Source: Candidatus Doudnabacteria bacterium (GTDB lineage: Bacteria > Patescibacteriota > Doudnabacteria > UBA920). From it: a DNA stretch of 54,148 nt. Positions 18,446-28,393 of this stretch are shown here, piece by piece. Below the pieces are notes generated by a model. The model ran no database searches, had not been told where the DNA came from, and saw only the letters and a program-made list of their open reading frames with translations. The stretch lies in assembly GCA_031291995.1 (NCBI GenBank), contig JARLHZ010000016.1:1-54148 (forward strand), read 5' to 3'. The position numbers and the translations under genes were made by a program. Each line of letters opens with the position of its first letter. Position 1 is the stretch's first letter.

Positions 18446-18916
18446 ATGCAATATTTAGTAAACCTAAATTGCAAAATTAACGCCGATACCGAAGAACAAG
18501 CCAAGGCTCAGGCCTTGATGAATATCCAAATCCGGGAAGCCACATATGCAATCACTACACCCCTAAGCGTCTATGAACGACTTAAAACCATTAGAGGCAG
18601 GGCCAAAGAACACCTCATTGTTTTCCTGTTAAATGTTCATCACAAAATAATTAAACAGGAAGTCGTCTCCGTGGGGACGCTCGATTCGTCTTTGTTGCAC
18701 CCGAGGGAAATTTATCGCTCCGCAATTAAGGCGGGTTGTTCCCACATAATTTTGGCCCATTCACATCCAAGCGGGAGTCTTGAACCAAGCGAGGCTGACT
18801 TGACGGCTACCCGACGTATCGCGGACTCCGGCCGGCTTCTTGGAATCGAACTTCTCGATCACGTGATTGTGACTAAGCATGGCTACTACAGCCTAAAAGA
18901 ACACAATAATTTATAA
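18446..18916 (+). CDS. radC: RadC-like JAB-domain protein
   Basis: GTLDSSLLHPRE, HSHPSG...PSEAD, LLDHVIV. Confidence 0.9.
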   Translation: MQYLVNLNCKINADTEEQAKAQALMNIQIREATYAITTPLSVYERLKTIRGRAKEHLIVFLLNVHHKIIKQEVVSVGTLDSSLLHPREIYRSAIKAGCSHIILAHSHPSGSLEPSEADLTATRRIADSGRLLGIELLDHVIVTKHGYYSLKEHNNL

Positions 18917-18959
18917 AGCCAACGCTGCTAAACCAGCGATTGGTAAGAAAGGTAACCCC

Positions 18960-19340
18960 GTGAACACGAAAATACAATTAAATTTTTCCAGCAAAGTTAA
19001 TGCGGAAAATCGCGTTTTGGAACGTTCGACTTTGTGCAATATAGCTACAAATTCAATTTCCGAAGCCGCAGAATTATACGAGCAATTAAAAGCCGCCCTG
19101 GGCGGCGAGGTGTTGGTTAGCCAGCATGAAAATCTCCCGCAGATTCATTATGTCGCACCGGCCAGGCTACCAGCGCCAGCGCCTGTAGTCACGACATCCC
19201 GGCAAACCGAACTCGGATGTTGCCCGCATTGTGATGCGCCGCTCCGGCAATTCGTAAGCAGAAAGAATAATAAAACCTACGTAGCCTGCCCTCGCTTTAG
19301 GACAACGGGCTGTAGTTTTATTCAGGAATTGGAAAAGTAA
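18960..19340 (+). CDS. Hypothetical protein with C-terminal topoisomerase-type zinc ribbon
   Basis: CPHC...YVACPRF...GC. Confidence 0.65.
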   Translation: MNTKIQLNFSSKVNAENRVLERSTLCNIATNSISEAAELYEQLKAALGGEVLVSQHENLPQIHYVAPARLPAPAPVVTTSRQTELGCCPHCDAPLRQFVSRKNNKTYVACPRFRTTGCSFIQELEK

Positions 19341-19342
19341 AC

Positions 19343-19385
19343 AAAATAAGGGCTTAGGCTTTAACGGCCTGGCCCTTATTTTTTT
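19343..19385. terminator. Bidirectional terminator
   Basis: AAAATAAGGGC...GCCCTTATTTTTTT between convergent genes. Confidence 0.75.
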
Positions 19386-19420
19386 ATGTTACCCTAGTCC
19401 CACGTTGTTAGCTTAAAACT

Positions 19421-20662
19421 TTACTTAACAAAACCCATTCCCTTACTTAACATACAGATTTGATAGTAACCGCCAAGTGTATTAGAGTCCGGGCTTGATC
19501 CCCATTGAGCGGCAGCCGTACGGTAACATTCTTGTCTGATAGATTCCGGCCGGATCTGAAACCAATAAAAAAGGAGAACCGCAATCAATATTAACCCCAA
19601 ACCGCCCACGATTTTTGGGTTAGCTTTCATCTTATTCCAAACTATTTTTATTACAGTTTTAAAATCAGCTAGGTAGGGAACAATATAAAGTATGCTACGG
19701 TATATAATATCGCGCACCAAAAAGAATCCAATCAACGGCAAGAAAATTGTCAGCAGTATATAACCTACCATTGCCCAAATGGTGCCTGCTCCTACCTGGT
19801 GCATTCTAAAAGATTTAAAGGACAAACCGTTAAGCGCCCCGGATTGCCGCAGTTGCTCTAGTTCATTGCTATCGGTAAAATACCCAACGCTACCGGGCAT
19901 ACGAAAGTTCCAAAGCTGGCTGTTTTCAATACCGTTCCCAGTTTCATAAGGTAAGGTTGCCTTAAAATAATTGGGAAAGTAATTGGGGGCGGATTCAGCG
20001 AAGGCTCTGGTTAAGTCACCGCCGCACCAGAGGACGTATCCTGTCCCCAGCACTTGGGAACCTAAACCTCCGGTGGTAATTTGAACCTTTTGCATACTAC
20101 AGGACACCGGGTCGCCCGGTACCGAGGCATAACCCTGCTCAAAACTGAATTTGTTGCTATATGTGTAGTCACTTGATTGATCCCAAGGTTGAGCCTGAAT
20201 TGTCCAGCCCGCTAATAGGATGAAGGCGACGACGGCACTGGCATAGATTAAAACCATAGCCAGTCGATGCCACCATTTACGTTTTAGTTCCAGATCATTT
20301 TGGTATTTATTTTTGAAACTTAAGGACACGCCAGTTACTATTAAAAGGCTGGCTATAATTGAAATAAAGAAGTTGGCAGGTGAACCATAGAAAAAAATAT
20401 ATATTCGCGATGCCTGTGGCGCAAATAAGGATAGCAAAATTACCGCTACAAGGCATAACCCATAATAACGGAAGGCAAATAAAAAGTCTAACTTTTTGCC
20501 CGGTTGTTTAGGCTTAATTCCTAATGGCAATAAAAGGACAAAGCACAGCAATAAACCCGAAAGGCCTAATATAATGCTTTTTGGGAAATCTGGTTGCGAC
20601 AAAGCGCCTATCAAAATTAATATGACCCAGACAGCAAAAATCACAAGAAATGTTTTGCGCAT
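19421..20662 (-). CDS. Polytopic membrane protein
   Basis: About 7 hydrophobic segments with an extracellular loop. Confidence 0.7.
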   Translation of the reverse strand: MRKTFLVIFAVWVILILIGALSQPDFPKSIILGLSGLLLCFVLLLPLGIKPKQPGKKLDFLFAFRYYGLCLVAVILLSLFAPQASRIYIFFYGSPANFFISIIASLLIVTGVSLSFKNKYQNDLELKRKWWHRLAMVLIYASAVVAFILLAGWTIQAQPWDQSSDYTYSNKFSFEQGYASVPGDPVSCSMQKVQITTGGLGSQVLGTGYVLWCGGDLTRAFAESAPNYFPNYFKATLPYETGNGIENSQLWNFRMPGSVGYFTDSNELEQLRQSGALNGLSFKSFRMHQVGAGTIWAMVGYILLTIFLPLIGFFLVRDIIYRSILYIVPYLADFKTVIKIVWNKMKANPKIVGGLGLILIAVLLFYWFQIRPESIRQECYRTAAAQWGSSPDSNTLGGYYQICMLSKGMGFVK

Positions 20663-20677
20663 AATTTTAACTATATG

Positions 20678-23600
20678 TTATGGGAACATACTGTCGGTGG
20701 TCAGGGCTTGATCTCTGGATTGTACTGTAGTGCTTTCAGGCAAGTTCACGTCCGATGTATTGGCTTTGACAACCAAACTAAACGCCAAACCATAGGAGTT
20801 AAATACATCCAAAGATGGGAAGCCGTGGCGCTGGCCATTGTTAATCCACCAAACTGTTTTGTTGCCCAAAACCAAAGCGCCGTCCGGATGCGGGTCGCTG
20901 CTGGAACTAATAAACGGTCCTGCTTGGTAATCCGCTAAGTTTATTTTTCTGGCTTGGCTGAATTTGTAGCCTAAGTCTTTAAAAACTTTGGCTGACACAA
21001 AGCCGCGTTTAATTCCGCCCGCGCCAATGAGGTAGATGGTGCCTTTGCCGGAAGTATCCAAAACCAGCATACCGTCCATAGCGCGCATAACGGGGCCTTC
21101 CGGAATATCCTTAATTGCGTCGCTGGTGATGGCGTCGGAAAACTTAAAACCGTAACTTAAAAATTCCGCCGCCGAAACAAACGGCCGCTTTTGTCCTTTG
21201 CTTATCAGATAGATGACAGAACCGTCCAAGACCAGCGTACCGTCTTTAATGGCAGCCGTGCCTAAAATTTGCCCTTGTGGTGCTATGGTAACAGGTGTAG
21301 TTGTGGGCGTTGTGGTTGCCGCAGGTGTTGGCGCAACATAATAATAGCCACCCCCGCCTCCACCACCCGAACTTACGGGAGCTGGGATAGCAGTCTGTAT
21401 ATAGGTAATGAACGTAGTGAAGTGCTTGGTCCAGACTATAAGATTGCCCTTGCCATCGTCGTTTATCTTGCAGTTACCACCATCGGGAAACGCCGTATCG
21501 CCATTGATAGTCGTATTGCTTGCGTTGGAGTCACAGATATCCGTTATCTCATGGTAAACGCCAGCTTGCGACCAACCCACAGAACTCCCTGTCTGCTCCA
21601 GGAACGTCAGTTCTGCTGGCACACTCAACTCCATTGGGATCTCGCCGAGGCCGATTTCAATTGCCGATGTGCCCGACACGGTATCTCCGGCATCCGGCGG
21701 AGGGGGTGTAAATATATTAGTAAATGTCGGGAGGTTAAAAATACCGTTCCAGACCGGCGTCGCCGCAGTAATAACCTCCCCTGCCGGAATAGAGACCGTC
21801 ATAGCAGCCCCCGGCGGCGTTTCTACGGTCGCATTAATTTCACCTGGAAGCGTAGCCGCATCTCCTCCTGTAACAAGGGAGCTAAGGTCAAGAGTTGGGT
21901 TAGTTACGCCGGGTAGGATCGTGATAGGCAACGCACCCGTGTCGGTACTATTAATTGTCATGGAAGGAGCTGCGGAAGACAGCTGATGGGCACAATCGTG
22001 CGTCACAAATGGAAGAAAAACGCAGGGTTGTGGTTGTGTCCCCAGACTATATTGTGTGGGAAGCAATGGCAGTGCTGACTCGAGAGATAATTGAAAACCA
22101 TATTTGGTGGGGATGTCAATATATTTGTAAACGAGCGATGATTGTAATCCCGATCCTATGAAGGGATTCTCAAGAACGGTGTTCGTCGTGTTGTATATGC
22201 TATCTTGATACCAAACTTCTGGCCAGAAATGCACTTCATTTAGATAAGGGAAGGGGGTTGCCCCGCCACCAATACCGTCACAGTTCGGTATATTATCGGC
22301 GAAAGATGTGCACGGATCTAATGCCGTAACATCAAAATTATAAGCGTATTGCAGAGTAAGAGCAGCATTGTCAAGAATGGGGCGTCCGTTCGTGTCAACG
22401 TATTGCTCCGCCCACCACGTTCCTGGACTATTGGGGTCTGGATCCTCGCCATACGCCAACTGTTCTTCGTTCGGATCATAGGCACTGAGAAACGTAAGAT
22501 GAAGGTTGGTACTTGGGGAATTCTCTCGAATAGACTCTGCGGCCTTTTGAATCACGTTGGATCCGGCGCTATGCGCGATAAAATGTATAGTCGCCCACTT
22601 GGTTTGGGATAAATCAATTTGGCTTCCTTTGTTCAGCACTTGGATGCCCGTATTTGACCAAGGTCCTGGTAATAAAGCATGACCTAAACTCGTACCATCG
22701 GGTCCTGCATTGGCGACCGCAAGATTCGGAGCTGTAGCTGGGTTTGAACCAGTATCTGCACCATTGTGCCAGTCAAACGCGCAAACATCCCAACTGGCCA
22801 ACTCCGCTGGAGGTATTCTGTTAGCGATTGATCGTGCCATAGTCTGAACCCATCCAGTCAAAGTAGTGGCGTTATCGTTCCATCCATGTGTTATCACAAC
22901 TATGTTTATTGCATTCGTTGAATACTGGGCGCTACAGTCCAATGTATTTACCGTGGGAACATACGTGAATTGATCTGCGTCGTTCTTGGCACTCGTACCT
23001 TCGGGAGATACAACTGTAATATCAACGGTACCGGCACTACTAGTTGCCGGAGAAGTCGCGGTTATTGATGTATCGGAGGTGGTGGCAAAGCTGGTCGCGG
23101 CGGTATTTCCAAAGTATATGGCAGTCGCATCGTTGAAACCGCTGCCGGTTATTGTTACAGAAGTACCACCGGCAGTGTCGCCGGTAAGCGGTGAAATAGA
23201 AGAGACCACGGGTGCCGATGTGACAGGCGCGGTAATGCTTAACGGAACCAGATTGCTTTCCGACCCACCTACCCCATCATTGACGCTAAGAATGTATGAG
23301 CCGAGAGTTGTTACCGACGGAACGGTAAAACTAACCTCGGTCGACGAGATCAGGTTAACATCAACGTCGCCACAGCCTGGCGCATTCGAACTGGCAAGAC
23401 TTATACATGCAACGCTGTTTTGATCGAAGTTCGTGCCGTAAACATAGACAGTGCCGCCTTCGGCTGCTGTCGTCGGATTGATATGCGAGATCGTAGGAGC
23501 TAGTGCTGATGCTGACGTCACGGTGATTGTCTCCGTGCCAATAACCCTTGAGCCATCGTTAGCCGTCGCCGTCACGGTCACGGTTCCCGGACTTCCTGCC

Positions 23601-25087
23601 GTAAGTAAACCGGATAAAAAATCAATGGTCGCTGTCCCACTGCCGTTGGTTACGGACCAGGTAACGGCTGGCTTGCTGGCATTCTGCGGCAACACGGTCG
23701 CGCTCATTTGCAGACTGCCGCCGCTGGCAACGGTGGTGGTTCCATTGGCGGCTGATACTGTGATGCCAGTTACCGGCGTGTCGGTTAAAGTGCCAATGGT
23801 TAAGCTGATCCCGGTAGAAGTTAACGGCGAGCTTGGAGAAAGCCAGGACGATGTTGCGCCTTGGAAAGCATTGGCCGGGGCCACTAGATCGGCGCGCACT
23901 GCGGAAACCGCGCCGGTATATAACGCGCCATCGCCTTTAACGGCTAAAGTTACAGTTGTCCCGGCCAGTATAGTAAAAAGGTTGGCGGTAGAAAAAGAAT
24001 AAGTAAAGGTGTTGTGATTGCCATCAGCTTGGGCGTTGAGCGAAGGGCCGACTTGGCTGCCATTTGCGTAGAGGCTCAAGTTGTTAAAACCGTCTACGCT
24101 GGCCGGAGTGCCGGTATAGTTTAACACAACCTGCAAGGACTGGACTTTCATATCCTCGCTATAGCCGGTCATGATCCATTGTCCCAGTGTTACCCCGGAC
24201 TGGTTACCAGGGAACGGACTAGCTGTAAAAGTTGGATCTTGTTGCAGGGTGATTGAACCGGGATTAATATAAATTATTCCGGCAGCGTTTGGAACTCCGG
24301 AAGCAGTAATATTTACAGAAGCCTGCGGGTCGGTAATTGTTAAGTCAGACGCCTGCTGAATTGAAAATTGGACGTGAGTACCCGCGCCTATACTCTCTGG
24401 AATATCCGCTCGCACCTCAATTGCATGTGAGCCAGTTGTCAAACTGATAGGAGCTGACGTAAAATCAAACACCGCATAGTTAGAGCCGCTGATTGCTGTA
24501 ACTGTCGCGGTCTTACCGGCATCACTGCCATCAACTAACATTTTAATGTTTGTCAGGGCATTCGCGGGCGCGGTGTCGGTCATTAAAAAATTGGCTGTTT
24601 TTAACACAACCGCTTCGTTGGCAACCTGAAATGTGCTTAACCAGATGCTATAACCTAATGTGCCGGCGTTTACGTTTCTCGTTCCCAGATTGCTGCCAAT
24701 GCTGACTGTGGCTTGGCTGGCCACCGGCCCGGTCAGAATATAATATCTTGCTGTTGTTGTTCCGTCCTCGGCCGTTACCAATAAAAAATTGTCATTTTCT
24801 ACCGGATCCGCAATGTTAGAATCGTCCCAAGTTTGTCCGACTTGGCCTTTGCTTAACGCAGCCTTAAAGTCAACCTTAGATGTTCCAACAGGAATACCAG
24901 TAATAGAAAAGATGTTTCCCGGTCCTCCTGTAACCGGGCCTATTAAATAAGTTGAAGAGGTTATTGTAGTATCGCTTGAATTTGCCCTGACGGTCGCCAC
25001 AAAGCCGGGTGCGATTGGCAAAACTATCATTGCTGCAGACAAAGCAATGTGGATGAATCTTTTAAAATATTTGGTGCGTGTTTTCAT
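20678..25087 (-). CDS. Giant surface protein: Ig-like (Big_2, IPT/TIG) domains, alpha/beta-hydrolase-like domain, C-terminal CPR-type repeats
   Basis: Signal peptide; VTGITV...VTWSV; PVVSSISP...GGTSVTITGSGF; ITHGWND and IAHSAG; three DG(T/M/A)LVL...(K/R)xF repeats. Confidence 0.8.
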   Translation of the reverse strand: MKTRTKYFKRFIHIALSAAMIVLPIAPGFVATVRANSSDTTITSSTYLIGPVTGGPGNIFSITGIPVGTSKVDFKAALSKGQVGQTWDDSNIADPVENDNFLLVTAEDGTTTARYYILTGPVASQATVSIGSNLGTRNVNAGTLGYSIWLSTFQVANEAVVLKTANFLMTDTAPANALTNIKMLVDGSDAGKTATVTAISGSNYAVFDFTSAPISLTTGSHAIEVRADIPESIGAGTHVQFSIQQASDLTITDPQASVNITASGVPNAAGIIYINPGSITLQQDPTFTASPFPGNQSGVTLGQWIMTGYSEDMKVQSLQVVLNYTGTPASVDGFNNLSLYANGSQVGPSLNAQADGNHNTFTYSFSTANLFTILAGTTVTLAVKGDGALYTGAVSAVRADLVAPANAFQGATSSWLSPSSPLTSTGISLTIGTLTDTPVTGITVSAANGTTTVASGGSLQMSATVLPQNASKPAVTWSVTNGSGTATIDFLSGLLTAGSPGTVTVTATANDGSRVIGTETITVTSASALAPTISHINPTTAAEGGTVYVYGTNFDQNSVACISLASSNAPGCGDVDVNLISSTEVSFTVPSVTTLGSYILSVNDGVGGSESNLVPLSITAPVTSAPVVSSISPLTGDTAGGTSVTITGSGFNDATAIYFGNTAATSFATTSDTSITATSPATSSAGTVDITVVSPEGTSAKNDADQFTYVPTVNTLDCSAQYSTNAINIVVITHGWNDNATTLTGWVQTMARSIANRIPPAELASWDVCAFDWHNGADTGSNPATAPNLAVANAGPDGTSLGHALLPGPWSNTGIQVLNKGSQIDLSQTKWATIHFIAHSAGSNVIQKAAESIRENSPSTNLHLTFLSAYDPNEEQLAYGEDPDPNSPGTWWAEQYVDTNGRPILDNAALTLQYAYNFDVTALDPCTSFADNIPNCDGIGGGATPFPYLNEVHFWPEVWYQDSIYNTTNTVLENPFIGSGLQSSLVYKYIDIPTKYGFQLSLESALPLLPTQYSLGTQPQPCVFLPFVTHDCAHQLSSAAPSMTINSTDTGALPITILPGVTNPTLDLSSLVTGGDAATLPGEINATVETPPGAAMTVSIPAGEVITAATPVWNGIFNLPTFTNIFTPPPPDAGDTVSGTSAIEIGLGEIPMELSVPAELTFLEQTGSSVGWSQAGVYHEITDICDSNASNTTINGDTAFPDGGNCKINDDGKGNLIVWTKHFTTFITYIQTAIPAPVSSGGGGGGGYYYVAPTPAATTTPTTTPVTIAPQGQILGTAAIKDGTLVLDGSVIYLISKGQKRPFVSAAEFLSYGFKFSDAITSDAIKDIPEGPVMRAMDGMLVLDTSGKGTIYLIGAGGIKRGFVSAKVFKDLGYKFSQARKINLADYQAGPFISSSSDPHPDGALVLGNKTVWWINNGQRHGFPSLDVFNSYGLAFSLVVKANTSDVNLPESTTVQSRDQALTTDSMFP

Positions 25088-25089
25088 AT

Positions 25090-25305
25090 TATTATTTAGC
25101 AACTTTAAAAAAATAAAAAACCCTAAAAAAGAGCATCCTTTTTACGGGCTGTACTTAATCAATCCGCTTATTGAGTTATTTTGCAACATTGGGTTTGGTG
25201 GCGGTCGTCTTCTTGTGCCGCTCTTCCAAAAAATAAAAAGCTATCCCCTAGAAGTCATCCGTTGGAGGAACTCCTATAAGATGGCTCTTTACTCTCGAGC
25301 TTAAC
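25090..25305 (-). promoter_or_regulatory. Long leader with two terminator-like hairpins
   Basis: Hairpin plus U-run at about 25228-25285 and 25107-25148; TATAGT near 25304-25309. Confidence 0.45.
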
Positions 25306-25440
25306 TATACAACTATATTGTAGACCTTTTGAGCTAAGAATCAAGCGCCGATTTTTTCCCCACATTTTCCACCGGTTTTCCCCTCCATACACCCTTTTTG
25401 TCTGCTGAAATTTTATAACCCGTAACCGGTTAGGGCAAAG

Positions 25441-26010
25441 CTACCTGATTATGCTTAAAAACCAACCGCCATAAGCCCACAAGAAAATTATCAAAGCAAT
25501 CGCCAGCCGGATCCAGCCGGGATTCTCATGACTAATCCGAATCCCTAACCACTTGTCCCAATAAAAACTTTGGTGGTTTATAAAATAAAAATAATTGCCT
25601 ATGGCAAAGGCCAGCATTAGCAAAGGGGTGGCTAGGGCGACATAACTTTCGTGGCCGCTATAAATAAACATTAAAGCTACAAACGGGACTGCCGCATAAC
25701 CTATTCCAAATAGTAGAACTAATACGCTTCTAACTAAGGCCTGGGCGTAGGTTAGCTTTCCGCTTTCCGCTTTTTCCATTTTTATTCTTAGTAGCCACCA
25801 CGCCGGTGTGGTTCCCCAGCCTGCCAGCAGTAATGGTTCAAGTATGACAAACCACAAGGCCAAAGTCAGCAATACGGCCAAGTCCATACTCTGGTTATTA
25901 ATGGTATGTCCGGATATTGCAAAAATTGCTATCAGGATAAAGTCCGAGACTAGGATGTTAAGGCCAATGGCGATTAGGCGAAGCAATGGATGAAATAGTT
26001 TTGTATTCAT
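25441..26010 (-). CDS. RDD family membrane protein
   Basis: GTTPAWWLLRIK...QALVR...HQSFYWD pattern. Confidence 0.7.
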   Translation of the reverse strand: MNTKLFHPLLRLIAIGLNILVSDFILIAIFAISGHTINNQSMDLAVLLTLALWFVILEPLLLAGWGTTPAWWLLRIKMEKAESGKLTYAQALVRSVLVLLFGIGYAAVPFVALMFIYSGHESYVALATPLLMLAFAIGNYFYFINHQSFYWDKWLGIRISHENPGWIRLAIALIIFLWAYGGWFLSIIR

Positions 26011-26039
26011 ATGTACTTTGTTAATTTTTTAAAACAATT

Positions 26040-26348
26040 TTAATTCCCTGGCGGGTCCAAACTGGGATAAAATTGGCCATTGCCGCATTCTGTACCGGTT
26101 TCTGTTGTTGGTATATTCCCGTTAATGAATAACTGCTTGCCCTGTTCGTCCCGAATGATGGTCGTTTCGGTTACCGTAACCGAATGGCAGGTAGAATCAA
26201 CCGCTACGGGATAGTTAGGGCTGGCTGGGCGGTTAAATACTATTGCCCAATAAAAAAACAATATAACCCCTATTAAAAATAGGAAAATTTTCCACTTGCC
26301 TTTAACCGCCAGAGCGGGATTTTTATTATTTGGCGGACTTGGATTCAT
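26040..26348 (-). CDS. Small single-pass membrane protein
   Basis: One TM helix, co-oriented. Confidence 0.6.
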   Translation of the reverse strand: MNPSPPNNKNPALAVKGKWKIFLFLIGVILFFYWAIVFNRPASPNYPVAVDSTCHSVTVTETTIIRDEQGKQLFINGNIPTTETGTECGNGQFYPSLDPPGN

Positions 26349-26373
26349 ACAGTTGAACTAAAATCAATTACTT

Positions 26374-26691
26374 TTAGAAAGGCCTGCCTTCATCGTCAGG
26401 TTCTTTATGGATGGGGGTTGTGGCGAGTTCTTCCATATTGGGATAGTCTAGCATTTTAGTTTTCGTTACAGGCTGTTTGTAATTTTTTATTTCTTCTTCG
26501 TCCGGCATTTCAAGCCAAGGATTATAGTCACCGCACGAGCATGGATCGTCACTGCCGCATAAATCACAGGGCGGATCAAATTCGCCGCAAGCCCGGCCAC
26601 AACCCTGGCACATTATTATAGTTTCCGGGCCATCATCCCCGGATCTCTGGCCGTATTTAACCTTGGCTCTGCAACATTTAGAAATAGGCAT
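26374..26691 (-). CDS. Cys-rich small protein
   Basis: SKCC, CQGCGRAC, CDLC, CSC; ATG 26691. Confidence 0.6.
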   Translation of the reverse strand: MPISKCCRAKVKYGQRSGDDGPETIIMCQGCGRACGEFDPPCDLCGSDDPCSCGDYNPWLEMPDEEEIKNYKQPVTKTKMLDYPNMEELATTPIHKEPDDEGRPF

Positions 26692-26710
26692 AAATAATTT
26701 ATTAGACAAT

Positions 26711-26878
26711 CAAAAAGGGCCACCCGCTTGCCCCACCTAACCTTTCGGTTAGGGACCTCTATAAAGGCTAAGACAAGACAGGTGACCGTCTTCGCTTTAT
26801 AGAGGATTTATGCCATGCCCGTAACTTACGCGGCGGGTTTAGGCAAACTTATTCAGTTTTACTGCTTATATTATAGCA
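26711..26878 (-). promoter_or_regulatory. Extended -10 promoter and structured leader with alternative terminator
   Basis: TGcTATAAT at 26870-26878; stems 26756-26766/26795-26805, 26736-26753 (GAAA loop), 26718-26734/26770-26787 followed by U-run. Confidence 0.6.
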
Positions 26879-26904
26879 TTATTTTGGCTTTTGTTCATTA
26901 TCCA

Positions 26905-27609
26905 CTAGGGTTTTAGCAATTCTTCAATTTGCTGGCGGTCTTTTGGGAAATGGTAAAAAGGGTGGGAGGCAATAAGCTTTTGAACCCACTGTTTTTGAAT
27001 AACGTAGGTATTCTCTAAGGGCTTGAGGCCAAAAGTTATTCTGGCTCTGGAAAAAACAATAGCGGGTTTTATATAAATATCTACACCTAGTTTTTCCTTA
27101 AGAAAATTATGCAGGCATAAAGCCTCGGACTTGGCTTGCCTTAAAAAGTCTTTTTCCAATAGTTGTCCGTGCCTGGTTAGCTCGCTGCCGTTAAAGTTAA
27201 TTATGCCTCTATGGCTCTTAACTTCAATCGTAAATATTCCCGTAGGGCCAACCAGTACAAAGTCTATATTCCCCTGTCCCGGCTTAACCACAACATCAGC
27301 ATAGACGGAGTATGCGTCCGGCAGTTTTTTAAGTTCGTCAGCTACCGCGTCCTCTCCATTTAGGCCTTGAAAAAATCTACCAGCCAATCCATCTTCTTTG
27401 GCCATCAAATTTTTAATTAGCAAAAAAATCGGGCTAAAAACAAGCAACACTACCACAATGTAACCGGGCTGGGATATATGGCTGATCAGTTGACCAAAAT
27501 ATTTATACAAAGCCCAAAGACCAATTAGTCCGTAAGCCGAAACCCCAAACACGGAGACCCAGGCCATACGCAGAGAATATTTGCTTCTACTTCCAAAAAA
27601 TTGCGCCAT
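26905..27609 (-). CDS. Membrane-anchored NERD-domain nuclease
   Basis: Two TM helices; GEDAV, NIDFVLVGPTGIFTIEVKS. Confidence 0.85.
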   Translation of the reverse strand: MAQFFGSRSKYSLRMAWVSVFGVSAYGLIGLWALYKYFGQLISHISQPGYIVVVLLVFSPIFLLIKNLMAKEDGLAGRFFQGLNGEDAVADELKKLPDAYSVYADVVVKPGQGNIDFVLVGPTGIFTIEVKSHRGIINFNGSELTRHGQLLEKDFLRQAKSEALCLHNFLKEKLGVDIYIKPAIVFSRARITFGLKPLENTYVIQKQWVQKLIASHPFYHFPKDRQQIEELLKP

Positions 27610-27613
27610 ATAG

Positions 27614-28186
27614 TTATAACTCAGGCCCCCAATAAATTACGTGGTGAATCCAAGTATGCCAAAGCCAGCTGGTTTGTAAGCCCGAATCTACAAACATTTT
27701 CCAGGCAAAAAATCTTACTAACAGGTTTGGTGTCATGCAGGCCGCTTTCTCGTGAGCATCAAAAAATTCCATATGAATTTTGCCTGAGCCAACATCGGAA
27801 TATCTTAATACTGCCCTATAGTCTGCGCCAAAATGAATGACATTTAGGTTAACCTGCGGACCGTCAACTTCTGTTATTATTCTGCCATCGTACGCGGTAC
27901 GTGTAGTTACGTAAAAACCATATTTCTTTTGCAAGTCAGAAATATTGGCAGGGACTTGGTTACCATATCCGATATACAAAATATCCGCTTGCACTCCATT
28001 TTTTCTGGCCTCCACAGCCACTTGCCTTAAGTCATACGTTCCTTGAATTTCCATCGCGTTTCCGACGATGCTTTTATAGTCACAAAACGCCAGGCTTCCG
28101 AAGTCAAAAACGCAGTAGTTAATCGCGGGTAAAACTATAAAAATTATTAACAGCCAAAACCAAACCTTTTTGTAATATTTTTTCAC
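27614..28186 (-). CDS. Hypothetical exported protein
   Basis: YKKVWFWLLII N-terminal anchor. Confidence 0.6.
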   Translation of the reverse strand: MKKYYKKVWFWLLIIFIVLPAINYCVFDFGSLAFCDYKSIVGNAMEIQGTYDLRQVAVEARKNGVQADILYIGYGNQVPANISDLQKKYGFYVTTRTAYDGRIITEVDGPQVNLNVIHFGADYRAVLRYSDVGSGKIHMEFFDAHEKAACMTPNLLVRFFAWKMFVDSGLQTSWLWHTWIHHVIYWGPEL

Positions 28187-28188
28187 AG

Positions 28189-28386
28189 TTAAATATTTTT
28201 ATTTGTTTTAAGAAATTCAACCATTTTGGCCACGGCTTCTTCCAGAGTTTCCCCGGTTTCTTTATGCTGGCTTCCGCCACTAAAATAAGTTCTAACCAAG
28301 CAATCGCCGGGTTTGTAGTACAAGCTAAAGGTGTTTTTATGAGCCAGCGAAATTAATTCTTGAAATTGATTCTCCATAGGCGTCAT
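28189..28386 (-). CDS. Small hypothetical protein
   Basis: 65 aa, GETLEEAV motif, tightly packed. Confidence 0.55.
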   Translation of the reverse strand: MTPMENQFQELISLAHKNTFSLYYKPGDCLVRTYFSGGSQHKETGETLEEAVAKMVEFLKTNKNI

Positions 28387-28393
28387 TAAGAAT

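Noticed and set aside
9352-19340. Prophage
   Set aside because: No recognisable terminase, portal, capsid, tail or lysis genes.
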